Source of the DNA: Thermoanaerobaculia bacterium | GTDB taxonomy: Bacteria > Acidobacteriota > Thermoanaerobaculia > UBA5066 | Direction of reading: 5' to 3' | Length of the DNA stretch: 64,000 nucleotides | NCBI GenBank assembly: GCA_044229475.1 | Contig: JBGASW010000007.1 | Span: forward strand, 62,054-126,053 | Shown here: positions 38,606 to 46,269 of the stretch, piece after piece | How positions within the stretch are numbered: the first letter of the stretch is position 1 | Layout of the letters: each line of letters starts with the position of its first letter | Program-made: the position numbers and the translations under genes | The notes under the pieces: model-generated | The model's input: the letters and a program-made list of their open reading frames with translations, nothing else | Told to the model about the DNA's origin: nothing | The model's database searches: none

Positions 38606-39959
38606 CGAGGAGATCGTCCGGGAGTCCCTCTCGGGCTGGCTCGGCAAGGACGGCTACACGATCGGGACCGCGCCCGACGGGCTGACGGCCCTGAAGCTCA
38701 TGGAGGAGCACCCGTGGACGATCCTCCTCGTGGATCTCAAGATGCCCGGCATCGACGGGCTCGAGGTCCTGAGGCGCGTCAAGGAGCGCTGGAGCGACAC
38801 GGCCGTCCTCATCATGACGGCCTACGCCACCGTCGACACGGCCGTCAACGCGATGAAGGCCGGCGCGTTCGACTACGTCGTCAAGCCGTTCGACCCCGAG
38901 GAGGTGAGCCTCGTCGTCGAGAAGATCGTCGCGCAGCAGGCGCTCGTGCGCGAGAACGTGATCCTCCGGAAGGCCCTGAAGAAGGAGTACCGGTTCCACG
39001 ACCTCGTCACGAAGAGCCCGGCGCTTCTCGCGACGCTCGAGCTCGCGAAGACGGCCGCGCGCAGCCCGTCCACGGTCCTCGTCCTCGGGGAGAGCGGAAC
39101 CGGCAAGGAGCTCCTCGCCCGCGCGATCCACGCCGAGAGCCCGCGCAGCGGCAAGCCGTTCGTCGCGATGTCCTGCGCGGCCCTGACGGAGACGCTCCTC
39201 GAGTCCGAGCTCTTCGGGTACGAGAAGGGCGCGTTCACGGGCGCGAACGGCCGGCGGGAAGGGAAGTTCGAAGCGGCGAGCGGCGGCACGCTTTTCCTCG
39301 ACGAGATCGGCGACATCAGCCCGAAACTCCAGCTCGACCTCCTGCGCGTCCTCGAGGAGCGCCGGGTCACGCGGGTGGGCGGCACGGATTCGCTGCCCGT
39401 CGACGTCCGGATCATCGCCGCGACGAACCGGGACCTCCGGCGGGCGGTCGAGGAGGGCCGATTCCGGCAGGATCTCTTCTACCGCCTGAACGTCATCACG
39501 ATCACGCTCCTCCCGCTGCGCGAGAGGAAGGAGGACATTCCCCTGCTCGTCGACCGGCTTCTCGAACAGCTCTCGTCGGAGCTCAAGCGCCCCGCGGAGC
39601 GCGTCTCGCCCGAGGCGATGGCGATCCTCCTCGCCCACTCGTGGCCCGGGAACGTCCGCGAGCTGCGCAACGTCCTCGAGCGCGCGATCGTGGTCTCCGA
39701 GGGCCCCGTCCTCGAGGCCCGGCACCTCGGTCTCGTCCTCCAGGACGGCGCCGCGGCGCCCGTTCCCGAGCACCCGGCCTCGCTCGAGGAGATCGAGCGC
39801 CAGTACATCGGAAGCGTCCTCAAGCAGAGCGGCGGCAACGTGACGCAGGCCGCCCGCATCCTCGACATCGACCGCGTGACTCTCTACGCCAAAATTCGGA
39901 AGTACGGGCTGAAACGCGCGGAAGACGGGGAGTTCGAACCCGCAACGCCCGCCCGCTGA
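38568..39959 (+). CDS. Sigma-54-dependent Fis-family response regulator (NtrC-like)
   Basis: REC domain (ILIVDDE ... DLKMPG), AAA+ sigma-54 activator domain (GESGTGKE, GAFTGA, ESELFGYEKGAFTG), C-terminal Fis HTH. Confidence 0.9.
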   Translation: MSKKNTRILIVDDEEIVRESLSGWLGKDGYTIGTAPDGLTALKLMEEHPWTILLVDLKMPGIDGLEVLRRVKERWSDTAVLIMTAYATVDTAVNAMKAGAFDYVVKPFDPEEVSLVVEKIVAQQALVRENVILRKALKKEYRFHDLVTKSPALLATLELAKTAARSPSTVLVLGESGTGKELLARAIHAESPRSGKPFVAMSCAALTETLLESELFGYEKGAFTGANGRREGKFEAASGGTLFLDEIGDISPKLQLDLLRVLEERRVTRVGGTDSLPVDVRIIAATNRDLRRAVEEGRFRQDLFYRLNVITITLLPLRERKEDIPLLVDRLLEQLSSELKRPAERVSPEAMAILLAHSWPGNVRELRNVLERAIVVSEGPVLEARHLGLVLQDGAAAPVPEHPASLEEIERQYIGSVLKQSGGNVTQAARILDIDRVTLYAKIRKYGLKRAEDGEFEPATPAR

Positions 39960-39983
39960 GAATCACAACCCTCCGTTGAGAAA

Positions 39984-40020
39984 ACGAACGCGCGGGCCTC
40001 CCGCGCGTTCTTTCGTTCTT
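39984..40020 (+). terminator. Rho-independent terminator after the sigma-54 regulator gene
   Basis: Perfect hairpin GAACGCGCGGG-CCTC-CCGCGCGTTC followed by TTTCGTTCTT. Confidence 0.6.
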
Positions 40021-40079
40021 CAAGGGCAAGACGCTGCGCCCGTGCGTGTTGCAGGCGCGACGAGCCGCCGCGCGAAGCG

Positions 40080-40095
40080 TGGCCCGGTCCGTGCA
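40080..40095 (+). promoter_or_regulatory. Candidate sigma-54 (-24/-12) promoter TGGCCC-N5-GTGCA
   Basis: GG and GC dinucleotides at correct 12-nt spacing, ~15 nt upstream of first operon ORF; downstream of an NtrC-type activator gene. Confidence 0.35.
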
Positions 40096-40109
40096 ATCCC
40101 TCCGTCGCC

Positions 40110-40361
40110 ATGATGAACGACACCACGACCGCCTGCCCCTGGCTGAAGCAAGTCGTGATGCTCTATTGCGACGCCTGCCCGACGAAAAAGATGGTCCCGC
40201 GCGACCAGCTCGTGTCCATGGGTCCGTGCCTCGCCGGCTCCTTCTCGGAGTGCGCGATGTACCGCGAGATGGTCCAGAGGCTCGAGGCCGGCGCCGCCCG
40301 CAACGACGATGAAACGGAAGCGAGCCTCGCGGCCGCTTCCGGGAGGGAGGTCCCGTCATGA
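40110..40361 (+). CDS. Hypothetical Cys-rich small protein (83 aa)
   Basis: 5 Cys (C-x10-C-x2-C-x16-C-x7-C), coding codon bias, stop overlaps next start (ATGA). Confidence 0.4.
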   Translation: MMNDTTTACPWLKQVVMLYCDACPTKKMVPRDQLVSMGPCLAGSFSECAMYREMVQRLEAGAARNDDETEASLAAASGREVPS

Positions 40362-40441
40362 TCGCCACCGTTCCGCTCGCCGTTCTCGCCCTCCTGACGC
40401 TCCTCGCGATGGCCCGCCAGAGCCGGGTCCACGCCGCGTGA
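40358..40441 (+). CDS. Putative 27-aa hydrophobic membrane peptide (MIATVPLAVLALLTLLAMARQSRVHAA)
   Basis: Strong SD GGGAGGGAGG 7 nt upstream; single TM; followed by SD+start of Fe-S subunit gene. Confidence 0.3.
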   Translation: MIATVPLAVLALLTLLAMARQSRVHAA

Positions 40442-40457
40442 GAAGGAGAAAGACGCG

Positions 40458-41366
40458 ATGAACCTGAACCGCCGCAACCTTCTCAAGATCGCCGGCGCCG
40501 CCGGTGCGGGAGCCGCCCTCACCGGCGGTGCCCTCGCGTCGGCCACGACGCGAGGGGCCGCGAAGGACGCCGTCGGCGTTCTCGTCGACACGACGCGCTG
40601 CGTCGGCTGCCGCGGCTGCGAGGCCGCGTGCTCCGAAGCGAACGCGCTCGCCGCTCCCGACATGCCGGGCGACGACGCCGTGTTCGCCGCGCGCCGCCGG
40701 ACGGGACCCACGAGCTTCACGGTCGTGAACAAGTCGACCGCGAAGAGCCCCGCGGGCGAGGACCGCTACGCGAAGACGCAGTGCATGCACTGCGTGACGC
40801 CCGCCTGCGCGTCGGGCTGCGTCGTGAAGGCGCTCGAGAAGACGGCCTCGGGGCCGGTCGTGTACCACGAGGACCGCTGCCTCGGGTGCCGCTACTGCAT
40901 GATCGCGTGCCCCTTCAGCGTGCCGAAGTACGAGTACACGAAGGCGGCGCCCCTCGTGAAGAAGTGCACGTTCTGCGCGGCGCGCCAGGAGAAGGGCCTT
41001 CCGCCGGCCTGCACGGACGCGTGCCCCTCGGGCGCGCTCACGTTCGGCAAGCGGGCCGACCTCCTCGAAGAGGCCAAGACCCGCATCTACCAGAACCCGA
41101 CGAAGTACGTCCACGAGATCTACGGGGAGGACGAGGCCGGCGGCACGAGCTGGCTCTACATCTCCGACGTCTCCTCGGCGAGCCTCTCGCTCCCGCAGGA
41201 CATCGTGAAGAAGTCCTACCCCGAGATGGCCGACGGCGCGCTCTCGGCCGTCCCGTTCGTCGTGACCCTGTGGCCGCCGCTCCTCATGGGTCTCTACACC
41301 TTCAGCAAGCGGGTGGGCGACGTCGCCGGCCGCGAGAGCGCGCACAAGGGAGACGGCCATGAGTGA
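40458..41366 (+). CDS. Tat-exported 4x[4Fe-4S] ferredoxin-type subunit with C-terminal membrane anchor (HybA/PsrB/NrfC-like)
   Basis: Twin-arginine signal NRRNLLK; four Cys clusters (CVGCRGCEAAC, CMHCVTPACASGC, CLGCRYCMIACP, CTFC...CTDACP); C-terminal TM helix. Confidence 0.85.
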   Translation: MNLNRRNLLKIAGAAGAGAALTGGALASATTRGAAKDAVGVLVDTTRCVGCRGCEAACSEANALAAPDMPGDDAVFAARRRTGPTSFTVVNKSTAKSPAGEDRYAKTQCMHCVTPACASGCVVKALEKTASGPVVYHEDRCLGCRYCMIACPFSVPKYEYTKAAPLVKKCTFCAARQEKGLPPACTDACPSGALTFGKRADLLEEAKTRIYQNPTKYVHEIYGEDEAGGTSWLYISDVSSASLSLPQDIVKKSYPEMADGALSAVPFVVTLWPPLLMGLYTFSKRVGDVAGRESAHKGDGHE

Positions 41367-42582
41367 GACCTTCGACCGTGTGGCGGCTTCGGCCTTCCTC
41401 CGCGAAAAAGTCTTTCTCGGCATGGAGCCGAAGACGTACGCGAAGAGCCTCTTCACGAAGACGAACGCGATCTTCGCGGCGATCCTCGCCGTCGGCCTGC
41501 CCACGATGGCCTACAGGTTCTGGCACGGCATGGGCGCGGTGAGCAACCTCTCGCAGACGAACCCCTGGGGCATCTGGGTGGCGTTCGATATCGTGTGCGG
41601 CGTCGCGCTCGCCGCCGGCGGCTACACCGTGGCCGCGGCGGTCTACCTGTTCGGACAGAAGCAGTTCGCCCCGGTCCTCCGCCCCGCGATCCTCACGGGC
41701 TTCCTCGGCTACGCCTTCGTCCTCGTCGGCCTGCTCGTCGATCTCGGGCAGCCGTGGCGGCTCCCGTACCAGTTCTTCCTCACGCCCGGCACGACCGCCG
41801 TCATGTACGAGGTCGGCTGGTGCGTCTTCCTGTACCTGATGGTCCTCGCGCTCGAGTTCCTTCCGGCGGCGCTCGAGTGGCTCGGGATGACGAAAGTTCG
41901 CCGATTCATGAGCGCGATCTCGATCGGGATCATCGTCCTCGGCGTCACGCTCTCGACGCTCCACCAGTCCTCGCTCGGCGCCTTCTTCCTCATGTCGCCC
42001 GGCAAGCTCCACCCCCTGTGGTACTCGCCGTTCCTCCCGATCTTCTTCTTCGTGTCCTCGATCGCAGCGGGCATCGGGATGGTGATCTTCGAGAGCTCGG
42101 TCTCGCACCGGGCCTTCCAGGACCGGCTCGACCCCGAGGCGCACGTCGACATGGACGCGCTGCAGCTCGGGCTCGCCAAGGGCGGCGCGGTCGTCCTCTT
42201 CGCGTACTTCTTCATCCGCCTGCAGGGCCTCGTCGCGTCCGGCCGGTTCGACCTCCTCCTGACCGGGTGGGGCGCCTGGTTCGCGCTCGAGATGGTCGGC
42301 TTCGTCCTCCTGCCGTCGCTCCTCTTCGCCTTCGCCGTGAGGACCCAGAATGCGAAGCTCGCGCGCGCCGCCGGCGTCATGACGGTGCTCGGCGTCGTCC
42401 TCAACCGCTTCAACGTGTCTCTGATCGCGTTCAACTGGAACGTGCCGGACCGGTACGTTCCCGCGCTCGGAGAGATCGTCATCTCGATCACGATCGTCAC
42501 GCTCGGCGTCCTCGTGTTCCGCTGGATCGTCAACCGCATGCCCGTGCTCCGCGAGCATCCGGACTGGCGCGGCGCCCACTGA
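41359..42582 (+). CDS. NrfD/PsrC/HybB-family polytopic quinone-interacting membrane subunit
   Basis: 407 aa, ~10 TM helices, NrfD-family pattern; 8-nt overlap with Fe-S subunit gene. Confidence 0.85.
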   Translation: MSETFDRVAASAFLREKVFLGMEPKTYAKSLFTKTNAIFAAILAVGLPTMAYRFWHGMGAVSNLSQTNPWGIWVAFDIVCGVALAAGGYTVAAAVYLFGQKQFAPVLRPAILTGFLGYAFVLVGLLVDLGQPWRLPYQFFLTPGTTAVMYEVGWCVFLYLMVLALEFLPAALEWLGMTKVRRFMSAISIGIIVLGVTLSTLHQSSLGAFFLMSPGKLHPLWYSPFLPIFFFVSSIAAGIGMVIFESSVSHRAFQDRLDPEAHVDMDALQLGLAKGGAVVLFAYFFIRLQGLVASGRFDLLLTGWGAWFALEMVGFVLLPSLLFAFAVRTQNAKLARAAGVMTVLGVVLNRFNVSLIAFNWNVPDRYVPALGEIVISITIVTLGVLVFRWIVNRMPVLREHPDWRGAH

Positions 42583-42599
42583 AAGAGCGGAGAAGAAAC

Positions 42600-43265
42600 A
42601 TGAACGAAAGCAGCCTCCTCAGCCCGCACGCCACGAAGGCCCTCGAGTACCTGCTCGCGGTCTCGTACCTCCTGCTCTTCATCCCCTTCTGGCGCTTCGT
42701 GAACGGCGCGACGATCGCGCAATCCTTCGCGCTCGGATGGTTTCAGGTCCCCGAGAACGTCCACCTGCACCGCGGGCACTCGTGGGCCAAGACGTTCGGC
42801 GGCGCCGTCGCGGTCGGCCTGGACGACTTCGCCCACAAGCTGATCGGCCCGCTGGACGAGGTGCGGTTCCCCGCGGTCGGCACGCCGCTCCGGCAGGGCC
42901 AGAAGGCCTTCACGGTCGTCGCGGACGGCAAGCCCTTCGACGTCGTCTCGCCCGTGGACGGCAACGTCGTCGCGGTCAACGAGGTCGTGCACGCGCACCC
43001 GGCCGACGCCGTCCGCGATCCGTACGGAACGGGCTGGCTCCTGAAGGTCGAGCCGCGCTGGCTGACCGCGAACCTCAAGAACCTCGTCTCCGGCGACTCC
43101 GCCCGCCGCTTCCTGGATGCGGCCGCCCAGGCGCTCTCGGGCCGCATGAGCCCGGAGCTCGGCGTCGTCCTCCAGGACGGCGGCGCCCCGGTCCACGGCA
43201 TCGCCCGCGAAATCGACCCCGAGCACTGGGACGAGGTCGTGCGCCACCACCTGAAGGGCGAGTGA
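42600..43265 (+). CDS. Membrane-anchored glycine-cleavage-H (GcvH)-fold protein, lipoyl-Lys position conserved
   Basis: N-terminal TM helix then region colinear with GcvH (HRGHSWAK ... AVGLDDFAHKLIGPLDEV ... VVADGKPFDVVSPVDGNVVAVNE ... DPYGTGWLLKV). Confidence 0.65.
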   Translation: MNESSLLSPHATKALEYLLAVSYLLLFIPFWRFVNGATIAQSFALGWFQVPENVHLHRGHSWAKTFGGAVAVGLDDFAHKLIGPLDEVRFPAVGTPLRQGQKAFTVVADGKPFDVVSPVDGNVVAVNEVVHAHPADAVRDPYGTGWLLKVEPRWLTANLKNLVSGDSARRFLDAAAQALSGRMSPELGVVLQDGGAPVHGIAREIDPEHWDEVVRHHLKGE

Positions 43266-43275
43266 GGAGGACGCG

Positions 43276-43626
43276 ATGAAAGCCCGCATCCATTTCCTCG
43301 CGGCGACCCTCCTTCTCGCCCTTCTCTCGGCGACCCTCCTCGCGGGCGCGCTGCCGAACCTCCCGAAGGAGAAGGCGCTCCCGCAGGGCGACGGCAGCCC
43401 CGGCGTCGTCACCTTCCGCCACGACTCCCACGTCGACGCCTCGCGCCCCGACTGCACGACGTGTCACCCGACGCTCTTCCCCATCGTCAAACGCACCGCC
43501 TCTTCGGCCGCCCCCGCCGCGATCCGCCACGCCGACATGGAAAAAGGCAAGAGCTGCGGCTCCTGCCACGACGGCAAGAGCGCCCACGGCCTCGACGACT
43601 GCGGGACGTGCCACAAGGCCAAGTGA
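43276..43626 (+). CDS. Triheme c-type cytochrome, cytochrome c7/c3-like
   Basis: Signal peptide; three CxxCH (CTTCH, CGSCH, CGTCH); VTFRHDSH motif as in Geobacter PpcA. Confidence 0.8.
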   Translation: MKARIHFLAATLLLALLSATLLAGALPNLPKEKALPQGDGSPGVVTFRHDSHVDASRPDCTTCHPTLFPIVKRTASSAAPAAIRHADMEKGKSCGSCHDGKSAHGLDDCGTCHKAK

Positions 43627-43634
43627 GGTGACCC

Positions 43635-44333
43635 ATGACGCCTCTTGAGTTCCTCCAGCTCGCCGGCATCTTCCTCGCGGGTCTCGTCGTCCGCGCCCTC
43701 GCCTTCACGCTCGTCCTCGCGGTCTGCGCGCTCCCGATCCTCGCGGCCTGGGCGCTCTGGCGCGCCTGGCAGAAGCTGCGGGACCGCAGCATCGGCCTCG
43801 TGGACGTGGGCGGGCTCGAGCTCGCCGAGGCGCACCACTACGCCCCCGGCCACACGTGGCTCCAGCGGCGGGCGCGCGGCTCGGTCCGCGTCGGGCTCGA
43901 CGAGATCGCGGGCCGGCTCCTGCACGGGCCCACGAGCGTCACGCTCCCGAGGCCGGGCACCGTCCTGGCCGCCGGCCTCCCCGCCGCCACCGTGAGCTGC
44001 CACGGGCGCGCCGCCGCGATTCCGGCGCCCATCTCGGGCACGGTCGTCGCGACCAACCCGGCCGTCGTCCGCGACCCCTCGCTCCTCGAGGAGTCGCGCT
44101 ACCGGGACGGCTGGCTCTTCGCGATGAAGCCCGCGACGGCCGCGTTCCTGACGCTCCCGACCGGCGAGACCGCGCGCTCCTGGTTCAAGGACGAGACGGC
44201 GCGCTTCTCGCGCGCGCTCGAGACCGAGCTCGGCCTCCTCGCCGCGGACGGCGGCGAGCTCGTGGTCGAGGCGCCCGCGCTTCTCTCGGAGGAGAAGTGG
44301 CAGCGCCTCGTCTCGGAGTTCCTGAAGGGCTGA
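43635..44333 (+). CDS. Membrane-anchored GcvH-fold protein lacking the lipoyl lysine (Cys-His at equivalent site)
   Basis: Two N-terminal TM helices then GcvH-like region (YAPGHTWLQ ... VGLDEIAGRLLHGP ... SGTVVATNPAVVRDPSLL ... DGWLFAMKP); K replaced (VSCHGRAA). Confidence 0.6.
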   Translation: MTPLEFLQLAGIFLAGLVVRALAFTLVLAVCALPILAAWALWRAWQKLRDRSIGLVDVGGLELAEAHHYAPGHTWLQRRARGSVRVGLDEIAGRLLHGPTSVTLPRPGTVLAAGLPAATVSCHGRAAAIPAPISGTVVATNPAVVRDPSLLEESRYRDGWLFAMKPATAAFLTLPTGETARSWFKDETARFSRALETELGLLAADGGELVVEAPALLSEEKWQRLVSEFLKG

Positions 44334-44336
44334 CGC

Positions 44337-44792
44337 TCAGCGCTTGCCGAAGAGGCTGTCGAAGGCCGACCGCGCGCCGTCGGGCGTGTCGGCGGCCTTC
44401 GTGCCCGTGAGGTCCATGCTCACGACGGGCGCGTAGAACGTGCAGTCGTTCGCCCGCGACTTCGCCGGGATCGCGACCGGGACCGGCTGGCGGCACTGCG
44501 CGGGAGCTGCCCCGTCGAAGTGGCGGCACTGGCTGCATGCGTGGAGCGCGGCCCCGCACTTCCGGCAGACCGAGGCTTTCGTCACCTCGGCGTCGTTCTT
44601 CTCGCCGCAGGCCTTGCAGCGAAAGACTTCGTCGCGGTGGCGGTCCGCGCCGCGCCCGCGGGGCGCGCCTTCCAGCCGGGCGGGGCGGTCGGAGGAGAAC
44701 CCGCCGCCCCCGCCGGTGCCGCCAGAGCCACCCGTGCGCGCGCCGTCCTGATAGCCCTTCGAGCGGTACTTGCGATCACCCATCCGCATCAT
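44337..44792 (-). CDS. Hypothetical zinc-ribbon protein
   Basis: Gly-rich basic N-terminus, then CKACG...CRKCG...CSQCRHFD Cys pairs. Confidence 0.4.
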   Translation of the reverse strand: MMRMGDRKYRSKGYQDGARTGGSGGTGGGGGFSSDRPARLEGAPRGRGADRHRDEVFRCKACGEKNDAEVTKASVCRKCGAALHACSQCRHFDGAAPAQCRQPVPVAIPAKSRANDCTFYAPVVSMDLTGTKAADTPDGARSAFDSLFGKR

Positions 44793-44839
44793 TCTACGGT
44801 CCGGCGCGCGGGCCGTAGAATCCTCCGCCGAGGGACTCC

Positions 44840-45202
44840 ATGAGACTCCTCCTTCGCATCCTCATCAACGCGGCGGCCCTGTGGGTCGCGGCGTCGGTCG
44901 TGGACGGCATCCACGCCGGCGGGGCGGGCTCCATCCTCGCGGTCGCGGTCGTCTTCGGCGTCGTGAACGCGCTCGTGCGCCCGATCCTCAAGCTCCTGAG
45001 CTGCCCGATCATCTTCCTGACGCTCGGGCTCTTCACCCTCGTCCTCAACGCGCTCATGCTCATGCTCACGGCGTGGGCCTCCAGGCAGCTCGGGATCGAC
45101 TTCACGGTCGCCGGCTTCTGGCCCTCCGCCTTCCTGGGCGCGCTCATCGTCTCCATCGTCTCGACGGTCCTGTCCTGGTTCATCCCGGACAAGGCCGCGT
45201 GA
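44840..45202 (+). CDS. Small 4-TM membrane protein (phage-holin-4/DUF360-like)
   Basis: 120 aa, four TM helices, pattern of the YqgE/holin-IV family. Confidence 0.55.
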   Translation: MRLLLRILINAAALWVAASVVDGIHAGGAGSILAVAVVFGVVNALVRPILKLLSCPIIFLTLGLFTLVLNALMLMLTAWASRQLGIDFTVAGFWPSAFLGALIVSIVSTVLSWFIPDKAA

Positions 45203-45231
45203 TCCAACACCCGAAAAGGAGCTCTTTCCCC

Positions 45232-46083
45232 ATGCGCGTTCCGGTCACCCTGATGGCTCTCGTTCTCCTCGCCGGCTGCGGCAAGCAGCAGCCCGCGCTC
45301 GACGTGAAGACCGCGGCGCCCGCAAAGGCTCCCGCGGCGTCCGCGTCCGCCCCCGCGTCCGGCGTCATGCCCGCCGCGCCCGAAGCGGCGCTCGTCACCG
45401 TCTCCGGCACCGTCCTCGAGACGATGGACGCGGCCGAGTACACCTACATGCGCCTGAAGACCGCGACCGGCGAGACTTGGGCCGCGATCAACAAGACGAA
45501 GGTCGCGAAGGGCGACGCCGTCACGGTCACGAACGCGATGGTCATGGACGGCTTCCAGAGCAAGACGCTCAATCGCACGTTCGACCACATCCTCTTCGGC
45601 GTGCTCGCGACGCCCGGCGCCCCTGCGGCCGCGGCTCCCGCCGCACCCGCCGCGCCGATGGCGTCCGGCCACCAGCCGGCGGTCGCCCCCGCGCCCGCGA
45701 CGCAGGAGCAGATGGCCGCCCAGCACGGGCAGGCCGCGGGCGGCCCCGCGGACGCGCCGGACGTGAAGGTCCCGAAGGCCGAAGGGCAGAACGCGAAGAC
45801 GGTCGCGGAGCTCTGGGCGCAGCGCGCCTCGCTCAAGGGCAAGGAAGTGGCCGTGAAGGCCAAGATCGTGAAGGTCACGAACAGCGTCATGGGGAAGAAC
45901 TGGCTCCACGTGCGCGACGGCTCGGGCTCGAAGGCCGCGAAGGACAACGACCTCACGGTCACGACCGACGTGGTCGCGAAGGTGGGCGACGTCGTGACCG
46001 TGACCGGCACGGTCTCCGTCGACAAGGACTTCGGGGCCGGGTACGCGTACCCCGTCATCATCGAAAACGCGAAGCTGAAGTAG
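45232..46083 (+). CDS. Hypothetical lipoprotein with two tandem beta-domains
   Basis: Signal + lipobox LLAGCG; internal duplication (GDAVTVTNAMV / GDVVTVTGTVSV); SD AAAAGGAG. Confidence 0.5.
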   Translation: MRVPVTLMALVLLAGCGKQQPALDVKTAAPAKAPAASASAPASGVMPAAPEAALVTVSGTVLETMDAAEYTYMRLKTATGETWAAINKTKVAKGDAVTVTNAMVMDGFQSKTLNRTFDHILFGVLATPGAPAAAAPAAPAAPMASGHQPAVAPAPATQEQMAAQHGQAAGGPADAPDVKVPKAEGQNAKTVAELWAQRASLKGKEVAVKAKIVKVTNSVMGKNWLHVRDGSGSKAAKDNDLTVTTDVVAKVGDVVTVTGTVSVDKDFGAGYAYPVIIENAKLK

Positions 46084-46093
46084 TACTCTTCCG

Positions 46094-46183
46094 ATGCCGA
46101 TGCACGCGACCTTCGCCGCCGCCTTCGTCCCCACAGCCGGGTATTTCTATACGCCGGACAGGAGGGGCGCGGCCGACTGAGTC
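46094..46183 (+). CDS. Putative attenuator leader peptide MPMHATFAAAFVPTAGYFYTPDRRGAAD (Phe/Tyr-rich)
   Basis: 29-codon ORF with 3 Phe + 2 Tyr codons (GYFY cluster) immediately upstream of an intrinsic terminator and of an aromatic-amino-acid biosynthesis gene. Confidence 0.4.
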
Positions 46184-46209
46184 GCGTATCGACCCCGGGT
46201 GATTCCCGA

Positions 46210-46250
46210 GGCCCCCCTCCGAAGCGACGGAGGGGGGCCTTTTCATTTTG
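46210..46250 (+). terminator. Intrinsic terminator/attenuator hairpin GGCCCCCCTCCG-AAGCGA-CGGAGGGGGGCC + TTTTCATTTTG
   Basis: 12-bp perfect GC stem with U-tract, 20 nt upstream of the PDT-DAHPS-CM start; alternative pairing of leader segment AGGAGGGGCGCGGCC with left arm possible. Confidence 0.55.
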
Positions 46251-46269
46251 ACTTCGCGAGGAGGCTCCC

